DNA of 64,000 nucleotides from Alphaproteobacteria bacterium (GCA_963667785.2 CAXXMU010000002.1:896001-960000); one strand, 5' to 3'; shown: positions 39,732 to 50,408, numbered from the stretch's first letter. Numbers and translations: made by a program. The notes: a model not told the origin generated them from the letters alone.

Positions 39732-41090
39732 TCAGGCCGCGCTGAAGCGGTTCCACTCCTTGATGTAGCTGGTCACGTGCGTGGGCCACACCATCCAGAA
39801 CGCGATGTTGGACTGGCGCCTGGTCTTCGGGCCGGTATCGCGGTCCTTGCCCATGTACCAGCGGCGGTAGTCCTCCACAGTCAGGAAGTTGAGCACCGGG
39901 TCGGGGCAGGGCGAGTAGTAGCCCTGCGGCGCGACCGCCGAGCCCCACCAGCCGTCGAGGCACCAGTCCATGTAGGCCATGGCGACCTCGGGCTCGGGCG
40001 CCTCGCTCGAGAGACACATGGTGTGGACCCAGGCGGCGGTGCCTTCGAAGACGTCGACGTACCAGCACGGGATGCCGCGCTTCTTCACGTCCTCGACCAC
40101 CGGGTTCCAGCAGTCCATGCCCCAGACCTCCTCGGAGGCGAGCAGGTTCACGGCCTCGCCGTAGTTGTTCCAGATGAGGCGGAACACGCCGTCGTTCTTG
40201 GCGGCGATCAGGTAGTCCACCACACCCTTCACCTCGTCGGGCTCCATGTCGGAGTTGCCGACCTTGGGCGGGTCCATGATCCCGTTCTTCCAGAGGAAGC
40301 TGTAGGCACGCGGCGGCCCCATCAGCTCGTCGTTCTGGATCGAGGTCTTGCCGGTCGCGTCCACGTCGCGCCACTTGCCGGTGTAGAGCAGCCCGAGCGA
40401 ATCGGGGATCGCGAAGTCCGGCTGGGTGGGCGCGAACTTGTGCGGCAGCACGCCGAGCGCGTCCATGTTGTAGAACTGCGGCACGCCGTAGAAGGAGTCC
40501 TTGTTCTCGTCCCAGTAGACGATGTTGGAGGGCCACCCGGTCACATCGTCGGCGCCGATATGGCCCGGCTGGGTGTAGAGCGAATCGGCGAACTCCCAGT
40601 TGGTGATCTTCTCGGCCGGGATCGGCACGATCACCTCGGCCTCGCGCAGCGCCGGCTGGCGGTAGGCGTTGGTCTCGATCATCGAGTAGGTGCTGTTGCC
40701 GCCGGTGATGAACTTGGTGATCATCTCGCTCAGACCGGCCACCGTCCCGGTCACGTCGAGGCCGGTATCCTCCTTGAACCGGTTGAAGAAGCGCTCCTGC
40801 ACCGAGACGCCGAGACCGATGGTCTGCATCGGGTCGTCCTGGGTGATGCCGGCCACGCGCTCCGCAAGGCCGGCGCGCGCTGCGCCGGTGCCGAGCATGG
40901 TGCCGGCGGCGGCGGCCGTCACGCCGGCCGCGGCGAGGAAGGTGCGACGGTCGATTCCTCCGCCCTCCTGCTCCTCCGCCTCGGCGTCGCGGAAGCGCTT
41001 GATCGCCTTCTCCTCGGCGGCCATGGCGGTGTGAAGGTCCATCCTGTCGGACAGATGCTCGTACTTCTTCTCGAGATGTTTGCTGTCCAT
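39732..41090 (-). CDS. PotD/PotF-like ABC substrate-binding protein with Tat signal (paralog 2, in the ABC operon)
   Basis: IDRRTFL Tat motif; NLLASEEVW, QGYYSPCPD; RBS GGGGAGGAG; directly downstream of PotC/PotB/PotA-like genes. Confidence 0.88.
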   Translation of the reverse strand: MDSKHLEKKYEHLSDRMDLHTAMAAEEKAIKRFRDAEAEEQEGGGIDRRTFLAAAGVTAAAAGTMLGTGAARAGLAERVAGITQDDPMQTIGLGVSVQERFFNRFKEDTGLDVTGTVAGLSEMITKFITGGNSTYSMIETNAYRQPALREAEVIVPIPAEKITNWEFADSLYTQPGHIGADDVTGWPSNIVYWDENKDSFYGVPQFYNMDALGVLPHKFAPTQPDFAIPDSLGLLYTGKWRDVDATGKTSIQNDELMGPPRAYSFLWKNGIMDPPKVGNSDMEPDEVKGVVDYLIAAKNDGVFRLIWNNYGEAVNLLASEEVWGMDCWNPVVEDVKKRGIPCWYVDVFEGTAAWVHTMCLSSEAPEPEVAMAYMDWCLDGWWGSAVAPQGYYSPCPDPVLNFLTVEDYRRWYMGKDRDTGPKTRRQSNIAFWMVWPTHVTSYIKEWNRFSAA

Positions 41091-41154
41091 GGTCTCCTCC
41101 CTCTGAAGTCTCCGTTGCCTGTTCGGGCCGTCCGGGCGGTGCCCGGCCGGCGGT

Positions 41155-42036
41155 CTAAACCTGATGCTCCTCCTGGCCGGTGAAACGCGGCCGGTAACGG
41201 CTCGCGGTCATCAGGTAGCCGAAGATTCCGATCACCGCGAACGAGATGAGCGTGATGATGACGCCGACGGCGAAGATGCGCGGCGTGATGCGGATCGTGG
41301 TCGCGCCCAGCACGTCCAGGGGCAGCGTGTTCTGCGATCCGGCCACGAGCACCGTGCGGGCGAACTCGTCGAAGGACAGCGTGAAGCCGAAGAGCGCGGA
41401 CGCCATGATCCCCGGCTTCATGATCGGCAGCGTGATGTGCCAGAAGGTGCGCCAGCTATTGGCGCCGAGGCACATCGCCGCCTCCTCCGTCGAGCGGTCG
41501 AAGCGGTTGAACACCGTCAGCATCACGATGAAGCAGAACGGGAAGGTCCAGAGGATGTGGACCGGCAGCGTGGTGCCCAGCCAGTGCTTGTCGATGCCGA
41601 TGCCCTGCCAGAACAGCGCGTGGCCCAGGCCCACCGTGACGCCGGGGATCATGATGCCGACCAGGTAGAGGTAGAAGATCGGCCCCGCGCCCAGGAAGCG
41701 CGCGCGCATCGCCTGCGCCGCCATGGTGGCGAGCACCGTCGAGATGCACATGACGAGAAGCGCCAGCACCAGCGAGCGCAGGCCGGCATTGCCGAAGTCG
41801 CCGACGTACTCGCCGATGTCCCGCGCCGTGCCGGACGGGTTGAAGAGCCGCTCGTACCAGAAAATGCTCGTCCCCTGCATGGGGAAGGTCGGCCCGCCGT
41901 CCTCGCCCTGGAAGGAGAGGATCACCATGACGATGAAGGGCCCGTAGAGCATCAGTACGAAGAGCACCACGTAGACCGCGAGCACGATCTTGACCCAGCC
42001 GAACTTGGCGACGTGATAGCTCGTCGGCTCCGGCAT
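41155..42036 (-). CDS. Polyamine-type ABC permease (PotC-like)
   Basis: EEAAMCLGA, FTLSFDEF, NTLP. Confidence 0.92.
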   Translation of the reverse strand: MPEPTSYHVAKFGWVKIVLAVYVVLFVLMLYGPFIVMVILSFQGEDGGPTFPMQGTSIFWYERLFNPSGTARDIGEYVGDFGNAGLRSLVLALLVMCISTVLATMAAQAMRARFLGAGPIFYLYLVGIMIPGVTVGLGHALFWQGIGIDKHWLGTTLPVHILWTFPFCFIVMLTVFNRFDRSTEEAAMCLGANSWRTFWHITLPIMKPGIMASALFGFTLSFDEFARTVLVAGSQNTLPLDVLGATTIRITPRIFAVGVIITLISFAVIGIFGYLMTASRYRPRFTGQEEHQV

Positions 42037-42039
42037 GGC

Positions 42040-42945
42040 TCAGAGCTCCCGCCGCAGATTGACGAACTGGAAGATCAGCACGATCACCGGGATCGAGACC
42101 AGCACCATGACCACCGCCACGGCCGATGCCGCGGGCCACTGCAGGAGGCCCTGCTGCTGGATCAGCACGTTGGCCAGCATGGTCGTCTTGCCGCCGCCGA
42201 TGAACTTCTGGATCGCGAACTCGCCCATCATCACGACGAACACGAAGAGGATGCCGGTGGCGAGCCCCGGCTTGGTCAGCGGCACGATGATCTTCCAGAA
42301 GGTGGTCCAGGCCGAGGCGCCGAGGTCGCGCGCCGCCTCGATCACCTGGCGGTCGATCTTGGCCATGGAGAAGTAGATCGGGCCGATCATGAAGACCGAC
42401 CAGATGATCGCCATGGAGAACACCATGCTGGGCTCGCTGTAGAGCAGGATCTCAGCGGGCTCGTCGATGATGCCGATCCCCATCAGGATCTGGTTGATCA
42501 GCCCCTTGCGCCCGAGCAGCGGCAGCCACGCCACCATGCGGATCAGCGCGCTGGTCCAGAACGGCACGATGCAGAGAAGCAGGATGTAGAGCTTGAGCCG
42601 CTCGCTCTTCACGAAGAAGCAGACGTAGTAGGCCACCGGATAGCAGAGCAGCACCATCAGCGGCAGCACGATGATGGCGATGAGGAAGGTGAAGCCGAGG
42701 GTCTGCAGGTAGGTCGCGGTGGTGAAGAACTCGATGTAGTTGTCGAGCACGAAGCCCGGCTTCATGCCGTAGGCCCAGGGCTTGTAGAAGCTGAAGACCA
42801 CCACCGAGACCAGCGGGATGCCGCAGAAGAGCGCCATCAGGACGGTCGGCGCGGCGACCAGCAGGAGCGCCTGGCGCGCGCGCTTCCGGGTGAGCGTCAT
42901 CCCGGACGAAAGGGCCGGGACCGGCGTTTGCGCGATGTCCGTCAC
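42040..42945 (-). CDS. Polyamine-type ABC permease (PotB-like)
   Basis: CYPVAY, PFWTS.LIR..AW, IEAARDLGA, WPAASA. GTG start, exact position uncertain. Confidence 0.92.
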   Translation of the reverse strand: MTDIAQTPVPALSSGMTLTRKRARQALLLVAAPTVLMALFCGIPLVSVVVFSFYKPWAYGMKPGFVLDNYIEFFTTATYLQTLGFTFLIAIIVLPLMVLLCYPVAYYVCFFVKSERLKLYILLLCIVPFWTSALIRMVAWLPLLGRKGLINQILMGIGIIDEPAEILLYSEPSMVFSMAIIWSVFMIGPIYFSMAKIDRQVIEAARDLGASAWTTFWKIIVPLTKPGLATGILFVFVVMMGEFAIQKFIGGGKTTMLANVLIQQQGLLQWPAASAVAVVMVLVSIPVIVLIFQFVNLRREL

Positions 42946-43005
42946 CTGGCCGTCGCCCCGCCGGTCATGGCTGCCTGCGCCCCAATGGCGGTGGGGTCCG
43001 CGCCC

Positions 43006-44091
<1,086 letters not shown>

Positions 44092-44184
44092 CGTGCCTCC
44101 CATCGCCGCATTCCGTCCTCCTGCCGCGCACCGCCTCCCGCTGGCCGGGCTCCCGATCCCGGCAACCCCGCTCGTGCGGCCGAT

Positions 44185-44232
44185 CTCTATCGCGACATAG
44201 AGTATTACAATCACTCGGCACGTCCTTTGCAA
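44185..44232 (-). promoter_or_regulatory. Putative promoter of the PotA-like operon with an overlapping palindromic operator
   Basis: Minus strand TTGCAA-N17-TGTAAT (44232-44204); inverted repeat CTCTAT-N6-ATAGAG (44185-44202) at the predicted start site. Confidence 0.55.
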
Positions 44233-44297
44233 CAGCCCGCCTCCTCGGATCGACGAATCGGATCGCGCCCCACTCCGTCGCGCCTGCTTACTAGAAG

Positions 44298-44310
44298 ATA
44301 TATGATATAT
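44298..44310. promoter_or_regulatory. AT-rich palindrome, candidate GntR operator
   Basis: ATATAT-G-ATATAT in the divergent intergenic region of an otherwise very GC-rich sequence. Confidence 0.4.
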
Positions 44311-44612
44311 TTTATGCAGAGCCTCGGCAAGCGCGGATTTGCGCATGTCGCCCCGGGCTGTAGAAAGAGCCTGAAGGCGACCGGCACGGCCTGGGCGACG
44401 CCGCCTGGCACGGCCTCGATGTCATGGCGATGCGCCCGGCCGAGCGGCGCGACGTCCAATCCCTTCGCAGGCGGCGGCCTCAGGGTGGGCGGAGACGTCG
44501 TACACGCTGTTTAAGTGAGGCGATTACCGCTTGTTCCATCAAGGGGAAAAAGTCGAAGCCGTAGCGACGGGGCTGGCCGGGGTGGGAGATAGCGGTTTCA
44601 GGAGCACTCCAT

Positions 44613-45281
44613 ATGGAAGAAAGAATCGAACACACCACGCTCGCTGAAAAGGCTTACGAAAAGGTCCGGTCCGGACTGATCTCCGCCCGCTTCGAGCCGG
44701 GAGAGATACTGCGGATCAGGAGCCTGGCGGCCGAATACGGCATTTCGGCGACGCCGGTTCGCGAGGCACTGCAACGTCTCGTGGCCGAGAACGCTCTGGA
44801 GCTTCAGCCGAACAAGTCGTTCAAGGTTCCGGTCCTGTCGACGGCACGCTTCGAAGAGGTTCGTCGAATTCGCTGCGCTCTGGAGCCCATGGCTGCTGAA
44901 CTCGCCTGCCCCAATATTACAAAGCAGGAAATGCAGATCCTGGCGTCATTGGTCGAACAAATGGATCGGTCCATCGATAATTTGAACAGTGCGGACTACA
45001 CGATACAGAATGAGCAATTTCATTTTTTCATTTACGAAAGGGCCAATTCACCGTTGTTACTGGACATGATCCGAGACCTTTGGGTGCAGGTCGCGCCCTT
45101 CTTCAACAGACTGTTCCAGGGGTCTGACTATCTTCGCAACAGCAATTACTGGCACAAGCATATCGTCGATGCCTTGAGAAACGGGGATGTGAACGAGGTG
45201 AGCCGCGGCATCTTCAGCGACATCGAAACTGCCGGAAACGAGCTTCGACTCATATTGGAAGACTCGGAAAAAACGGACTGA
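44613..45281 (+). CDS. GntR-family (FCD) transcriptional regulator
   Basis: LAAEYGISATPVREALQRL wHTH; IRCALE, NEQFHF, H..IVDAL in the FCD domain; divergent from the ABC operon; lower GC than neighbours. Confidence 0.93.
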   Translation: MEERIEHTTLAEKAYEKVRSGLISARFEPGEILRIRSLAAEYGISATPVREALQRLVAENALELQPNKSFKVPVLSTARFEEVRRIRCALEPMAAELACPNITKQEMQILASLVEQMDRSIDNLNSADYTIQNEQFHFFIYERANSPLLLDMIRDLWVQVAPFFNRLFQGSDYLRNSNYWHKHIVDALRNGDVNEVSRGIFSDIETAGNELRLILEDSEKTD

Positions 45282-45478
45282 TCGCGACGCTATCTCCCGT
45301 CACACCGTTTCGACTCTTGCTCGATCCAACAATCCGCCACGAGACTCCTCCGAATTGCGCGACGAGCCTCCACGGGCGAGGAGAGAGCCGGGGAGGTGGG
45401 GGCAATCCGGCCCGCGCTGCTTGCGAGACGGTAACCCGGCGCTAACCGGGCAACGACCGCGTCCGCTTGGACAATGCC

Positions 45479-45943
45479 CTAACCCGCGCGCAGGCGGTCG
45501 AGCGCGCCCTGCAGGATGTAGGCGGCCGCCACCTGATCCACGACCCGCGCGCGCTTGCGGCGCGAGAGATCGGCGGCGAGCAGGGAGCGCTCGGCGGCGA
45601 CCGTCGACCAGCGCTCGTCCCAGAGCGCGACGGGCGGCGCCAGCGCGTCCGCCAGCCGTCCGGCCACGTCGCGGGCGGACTGCGCGCGCGGCCCCTCGCT
45701 CCCGTCCATGTTGACCGGGAGCCCCACCACGATGCCGCCGATGCCCTCCTCCGCGATCAGCGCGCGCAGCATCTCGATGTCGCGCGAGAGCCTGGTCCGT
45801 CTCAGCGTGGTGCGTGCGGTCGCGATGGTGCGGGTCGCGTCGGAGACGGCGATGCCGATGGTCTTCGCGCCGAGATCGAGTCCCATCAGGCGCGCTCCCG
45901 GCGCCAGCAGGCCGCTCATCTCGGTGAGATCGCAGATCGCCAT
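45479..45943 (-). CDS. ruvX: Holliday junction resolvase-like/pre-16S rRNA nuclease RuvX (YqgF)
   Basis: GLDLGAKTIGIAVSD, VVGLP.NMDGSEG, WDERWST, VDQVAAAYILQG. Start MAICDL at 45943. Confidence 0.93.
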   Translation of the reverse strand: MAICDLTEMSGLLAPGARLMGLDLGAKTIGIAVSDATRTIATARTTLRRTRLSRDIEMLRALIAEEGIGGIVVGLPVNMDGSEGPRAQSARDVAGRLADALAPPVALWDERWSTVAAERSLLAADLSRRKRARVVDQVAAAYILQGALDRLRAG

Positions 45944-46059
45944 GGGTCGCTGCGCTCCCTTTAGCATATCCCTCAGGCGCCGGGCGCTCGCTCCGCTCAC
46001 TTGGCTTTCGCGCCATTCGGCGCGCGGCGCATTCGCGCCGTCCGGGCCTGCCGGCCCGG

Positions 46060-47526
46060 CTACTCTGCCGCAAGCGCCTCGGCCGTCTCGACGATGCGGA
46101 TCCAGGCCGCCTCGACATGCGCGCAGCGGGTCGCGGGCGCGCCGACCGCGAGGCGCAGGACGAGCCGGTCGTTGAGCCGCGTGTGGGTGAGGTAGAGCGC
46201 GCCTGACTCGTTGAGCCGGTTCATCAGCGCCTCGGTGAGCGCATCGCCCGCCCGGTGGCGGAAGCACACCAGCCCGACAGAGACCGGCGCGGCCAGCTCG
46301 AATCCCGCGCTCTCCTCCACGCGCGCCGCGAACCATTCGGCGAGCGCGACGCAGTGCCTGACGTGGGCGCGCAGGCCCTCGGCCCCGTAGTGGCGGATCA
46401 CGAACCAGAGCTTCAGCGCCCGGAAGCGGCGGCCGAGCGGCACCTGCCAGTCGCGGTAGTCGATGACCGCGCCCGAGTCCGTCGCCCGGTTGCGCAGATA
46501 TTCCGGAAGCACGCTCAGGGCGTCGATCAGCGCGGCCCGGTCGGCGACCCAGAAGCAGCTGCAGTCGAAGTTGGTGAGCAGCCACTTGTGCGGGTTGAAG
46601 GTGTAGCTGTCCGCCAGCTCGACCCCGTCGATGAGGCCGCGGTGCTCGGGGCAGATGGTGGCGCTGCCCGCGTGGGCTGCGTCGACGTGGAGCCAGACGC
46701 CCGCGCGGCGGCAGATCTCGCCGATGGGCCGCAGCGGATCGACGGCGCCGGAGGAGGTGGTGCCCACGGTCGCGCACACCATCGCGGGCACGGCGCCGGC
46801 GGCGCGATCGGCCGCGATGGCCGCCTCGAGCGCGGCCGGGTCCATGGCGTGGCTGCCGTCGACCTCGACGAGCCGCAGGTTGTCGCGCCCCAGGCCCGCG
46901 ATCTTCACGCCCTTCTCGACCGAGGAATGGGCGTGCCGGGAGATGTAGACGGTGAGCCGCCGCGCCGCCGCATCCCCCGGCCCCGAGCCCCGCCCGACGC
47001 CATGGCGGTTGGCGGCACCACCGCTCGCGCGCTCGCGGGCCGCGATGAGGGCGGTGAGCGTACTGCTCGATGCGCTGTCCTGAATCACGCCACCGCCGGC
47101 CGCGCCGGAGCGGAACCCCGGCGGCAGCCCGAGCAGGTCGACCAGCCAGTCGAGCACATGGGTCTCGAGCTCGGTGCAGGCGGGACTCGTCGCCCAGATC
47201 ATGCCCTGGACGCCGAGGCCGGCGGCGAGCAGATCGCCCAGGATCGAGGGGCCGGAGGCGTTCGCCGGGAAGTAGGCGAAGAAGTTCGGCGACTGCCAGT
47301 GCGTGAGGCCGGGCAGGATGACCTCGTCGATGTCGCGCAGCACGTCCGCGAAGGGCTCGCCCCGCTCGGGCGCGGCATCCGGCAGGCGCGCGCGGACCGA
47401 GCCGGGCTCGGCGCGCGAGAGCACCGGGTAGCGCTCGACTTCCTCCATGTAGCGGGCGATCCGCTCGACGAGTTGCGCGCCCCGGTGGCGGAACTCGTCC
47501 GGCGTCATGTGACCGGCGTCGTCCAT
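46060..47526 (-). CDS. Aromatic-L-amino-acid decarboxylase (group II PLP decarboxylase, DDC-like)
   Basis: THWQSPNFFAYFP, SPACTELE, HSSVEK, HVDAA, FNPHKW (PLP Lys), DYRDWQVPLGRRFRALKLW. Confidence 0.92.
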   Translation of the reverse strand: MDDAGHMTPDEFRHRGAQLVERIARYMEEVERYPVLSRAEPGSVRARLPDAAPERGEPFADVLRDIDEVILPGLTHWQSPNFFAYFPANASGPSILGDLLAAGLGVQGMIWATSPACTELETHVLDWLVDLLGLPPGFRSGAAGGGVIQDSASSSTLTALIAARERASGGAANRHGVGRGSGPGDAAARRLTVYISRHAHSSVEKGVKIAGLGRDNLRLVEVDGSHAMDPAALEAAIAADRAAGAVPAMVCATVGTTSSGAVDPLRPIGEICRRAGVWLHVDAAHAGSATICPEHRGLIDGVELADSYTFNPHKWLLTNFDCSCFWVADRAALIDALSVLPEYLRNRATDSGAVIDYRDWQVPLGRRFRALKLWFVIRHYGAEGLRAHVRHCVALAEWFAARVEESAGFELAAPVSVGLVCFRHRAGDALTEALMNRLNESGALYLTHTRLNDRLVLRLAVGAPATRCAHVEAAWIRIVETAEALAAE

Positions 47527-47612
47527 GGGCAGGTCCTTATGCGTCGTTCGCTGCCGGCCGTGACGGCCGGGCCCGCCATGTTATCGTGCCGGGGGCGGAA
47601 GGGAGACAGCGC

Positions 47613-48368
47613 ATGAGGCTGGACGGCAAGGTGGCGATCGTCACCGGCGGCTCGCGCGGGATCGGCGCCAGCATCGCGCGACGCCTCGGCGCGGACGGTG
47701 CTGCCATCGCGGTGGTGGCGCACAGGGCACGCGAGAAGGCGGAGGCTGTGGCGGGCGAGATCGTCGCCGCCGGCGGCCGCGCGGCGCCGTTCCAGGCGGA
47801 CGTCTCGCGCGTCGCGGACTGCGAGCGGCTGGCGGCCGAGGTGGTGGCCGCCTTCGGCACCGTCGACATCCTCGTCAACAATGCCGGCGTCTACCACCCG
47901 CTTCCCATGGAGGAGACCACCGAGGCGCTCTGGGACGCGCAGATCGACATCAACCTCAAGGGCAGCTTCTTCATGGCCAAGGCGGTGGCGCCGGTGATGA
48001 AGGCCAGGGGCTCCGGCAAGATCGTCAACATCACGTCCACGCTCGGCGTCGTCGGCTCGAGCGCCGGCGCCGCCTATTGCGCGTCGAAGGGCGGCCAGAT
48101 GCTGCTCACCAAGGCGCTCGGCCTGGAGCTCGGGCCGCACGGGATCAACGTCAACGCGGTGGGGCCCGGTGCCACGAGAACCGACATGAACGCGGCGATC
48201 CGCGCCCAGCCCGGCAGGGAGGAGCGGATGGAGGCCATCGCGCCGCTGGGCCGTTACTGGATGGAGGCCGACGATGTCTCCGGCGCCGTTGCCTACCTCG
48301 TGTCGTCTGAAGCGGACGCCGTGCACGGCGCGCACCTCATGATCGACCTCGGCTGGACGGCCTGGTAG
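47613..48368 (+). CDS. Short-chain dehydrogenase/reductase (FabG-like SDR)
   Basis: TGGSRGIG, NNAG, YCASK, VGPG. Start MRLDGK at 47613. Confidence 0.92.
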   Translation: MRLDGKVAIVTGGSRGIGASIARRLGADGAAIAVVAHRAREKAEAVAGEIVAAGGRAAPFQADVSRVADCERLAAEVVAAFGTVDILVNNAGVYHPLPMEETTEALWDAQIDINLKGSFFMAKAVAPVMKARGSGKIVNITSTLGVVGSSAGAAYCASKGGQMLLTKALGLELGPHGINVNAVGPGATRTDMNAAIRAQPGREERMEAIAPLGRYWMEADDVSGAVAYLVSSEADAVHGAHLMIDLGWTAW

Positions 48369-48495
48369 CGCGCCCCGGTGGGGCCTGCGCGACTTTCACG
48401 ACCGAAGCTGACGCGACCGCGCACCCCGCGAGCACGCTGGTCAACAGGCCGGCGAACGACGACGAGAGGTGTGTGGAGCCGTTCGCGGGCAAAAG

Positions 48496-50133
48496 CTACG
48501 CCCCAAAAATGTCACTCCTGAGCCTTTGATATACTCCAGTGTCGGAGGTCACTAACGGTGTAAGGATATCCCGCATAAAGGCTTCTTTGGTTGACCCCGA
48601 TCTATCGAGACTAAGATATTTTCTTGCAGCTTGATGCACCGCCTGTGCAGCAGGCTTAAGATCATCACTTGCTCTTCCTTCCCGTCTATTGGCAAGAAGT
48701 GCATCATCCCTTGCGCTCTTCAACATACCCGACGCTTCTGGCGCACTCGCACTCGTGCAAAGTTTTTCCAGAACTGAATCTGACAATAGCAACGATTCTA
48801 GGTTTCTAAATCCCGACAATACTCGTATACCCTTTTCTCTAGCCTCGTTCACTTGGACTTCCGTTAGATCATCCCTATCTCGAAACGTTATGATCTCCGT
48901 ACCTTGTACAATTTGTCTAAGCAACGGCACGAGCCGTACCATTCGACTCTCCAAATCCTCTGCCGAACCGGCGGATATGAAGCGAGTACGAGGAAACTCT
49001 TTCGCAAATATCCGATTATAGCAAGATTCATCAAAGGCTTCTCCGTAACTTGTCGAATGCCCCTCACACAGCACTATTCGTTCCGGTGCAATCAAGTTAC
49101 CGAGATCTGCAAGCGCCACATCATAGTGTTTTGACCAAAATGATTGATCTGGTGATGATGGCTCTATCACCTCCGTGCGGTCGTAATTCCGCTCCACACC
49201 ATCATCACGGTATCCGAAGTCCAAGAAGACAACCTCGTCGGGATTCGCTGTTCTCAACTCCTCAGCCTTCCGTACCATTCCGATTGAGTGTGTCGCTATC
49301 CATAGCTGCGACCCGCACGGTACTAACCTGATGAGCTCCTCCAACATCTGTCCCTGCAATCGGGTGTTGAGGTGCACCTCGGGTTCATCTATGCAGTATA
49401 ATGAGTCATTATAAAATACGCGATTCGCTACAACGTCAAGCAGAAGATCGAATGCAGCTTTCTCTCCACCCGACAAGTTTTCATATAGAAAATGAGAAAT
49501 CTCTCCTTTGGAAAAGGTAAATGACCCTCTTTCCTCGGGCGTGACGAGGGCATCCAACACCAAGTCGCCAAACACACGAATCATAGTGTCCTTCAAATCA
49601 CCGATTGTTCTTTCCATAATTTGATCGGTGGTCAGACCCGGAGTCGTGACCTGTTGCAGAAGACGCCATATCAAGCGGCGGTAATTGGATTCAACGGTTT
49701 TGTCATCATCAATCAGGCGTTTAACGCGAAGTTCTTCTAATACATTTCCGGTGGACGAAATTGTTACGTTGCGAAAGGATGGGTCGTGACGATATGCTGT
49801 ACGCAAATATATACTTTTCTTATAGTCCTCTGGCGACTCTGGTCCAGACTCATGAAATACTAATCTAACTCGTTTTTGCATTTCTGAATTGAAATTTTGT
49901 ATTTTTTCTCTGTTTGGAAGCGATGATAGTCTGTCGAAGTAATCCCATAGATCAGAATCAAGTCCATAAAAGCGAGCCATCTTGAGATGACTATATAGTG
50001 CGTCAAAGAAGGACGATTTCCCGCATCCGTTCGGGCCTAGAAGAACCAGTAGGCGCGCAGTAGGGGGAATATTGCGGATGTGGAGATCCGCGAAACGTTT
50101 GAAATTGCTGATTTCGGCTGACTGGAGTTTCAT
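48496..50133 (-). CDS. ABC/AAA-type ATPase fused to a TOPRIM-like domain (OLD-family or fused-PARIS-like nuclease), low GC
   Basis: ISNFKRF, GPNGCGKS, LSGGE, IDEPEVHL, IATHS; C-terminal IVLCEG, FRDRDD (DxD), NLESLL. Confidence 0.8.
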   Translation of the reverse strand: MKLQSAEISNFKRFADLHIRNIPPTARLLVLLGPNGCGKSSFFDALYSHLKMARFYGLDSDLWDYFDRLSSLPNREKIQNFNSEMQKRVRLVFHESGPESPEDYKKSIYLRTAYRHDPSFRNVTISSTGNVLEELRVKRLIDDDKTVESNYRRLIWRLLQQVTTPGLTTDQIMERTIGDLKDTMIRVFGDLVLDALVTPEERGSFTFSKGEISHFLYENLSGGEKAAFDLLLDVVANRVFYNDSLYCIDEPEVHLNTRLQGQMLEELIRLVPCGSQLWIATHSIGMVRKAEELRTANPDEVVFLDFGYRDDGVERNYDRTEVIEPSSPDQSFWSKHYDVALADLGNLIAPERIVLCEGHSTSYGEAFDESCYNRIFAKEFPRTRFISAGSAEDLESRMVRLVPLLRQIVQGTEIITFRDRDDLTEVQVNEAREKGIRVLSGFRNLESLLLSDSVLEKLCTSASAPEASGMLKSARDDALLANRREGRASDDLKPAAQAVHQAARKYLSLDRSGSTKEAFMRDILTPLVTSDTGVYQRLRSDIFGA

Positions 50134-50390
50134 GAGTAAGTCGCCATTGCGCTGGGGAACGGTGTCGGTGCTTCAAACCCGCCAAGGGTTCAAGGCTTGC
50201 GTCGCCCTGATGGAGCGCGCCAAGCCCGTAACTGGAGTCAGCTCGCCTGGTTCGCCCAGAAATAGGTACCTCCTCGCTTGAAATCTCGGCGGCGCGGAAT
50301 TCTGGCCATTTCTCGCCGTGAAGTGCCCTCGCGCCCGAAACGCGAGAAGATGCGCACCTAGGCGCTTCGTGCGTCCGCATATTGGTAGAA

Positions 50391-50408
50391 CGCGCCGCCG
50401 AAGGCGCG
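50391..50408 (-). terminator. Hairpin just downstream of the HU gene
   Basis: CGCGCC-GCCGAA-GGCGCG followed by TTCT on the minus strand. Confidence 0.4.

Noticed and set aside
45282-45478. Possible ncRNA between gntR and ruvX
   Set aside because: Only short GC stems; no recognisable family features.
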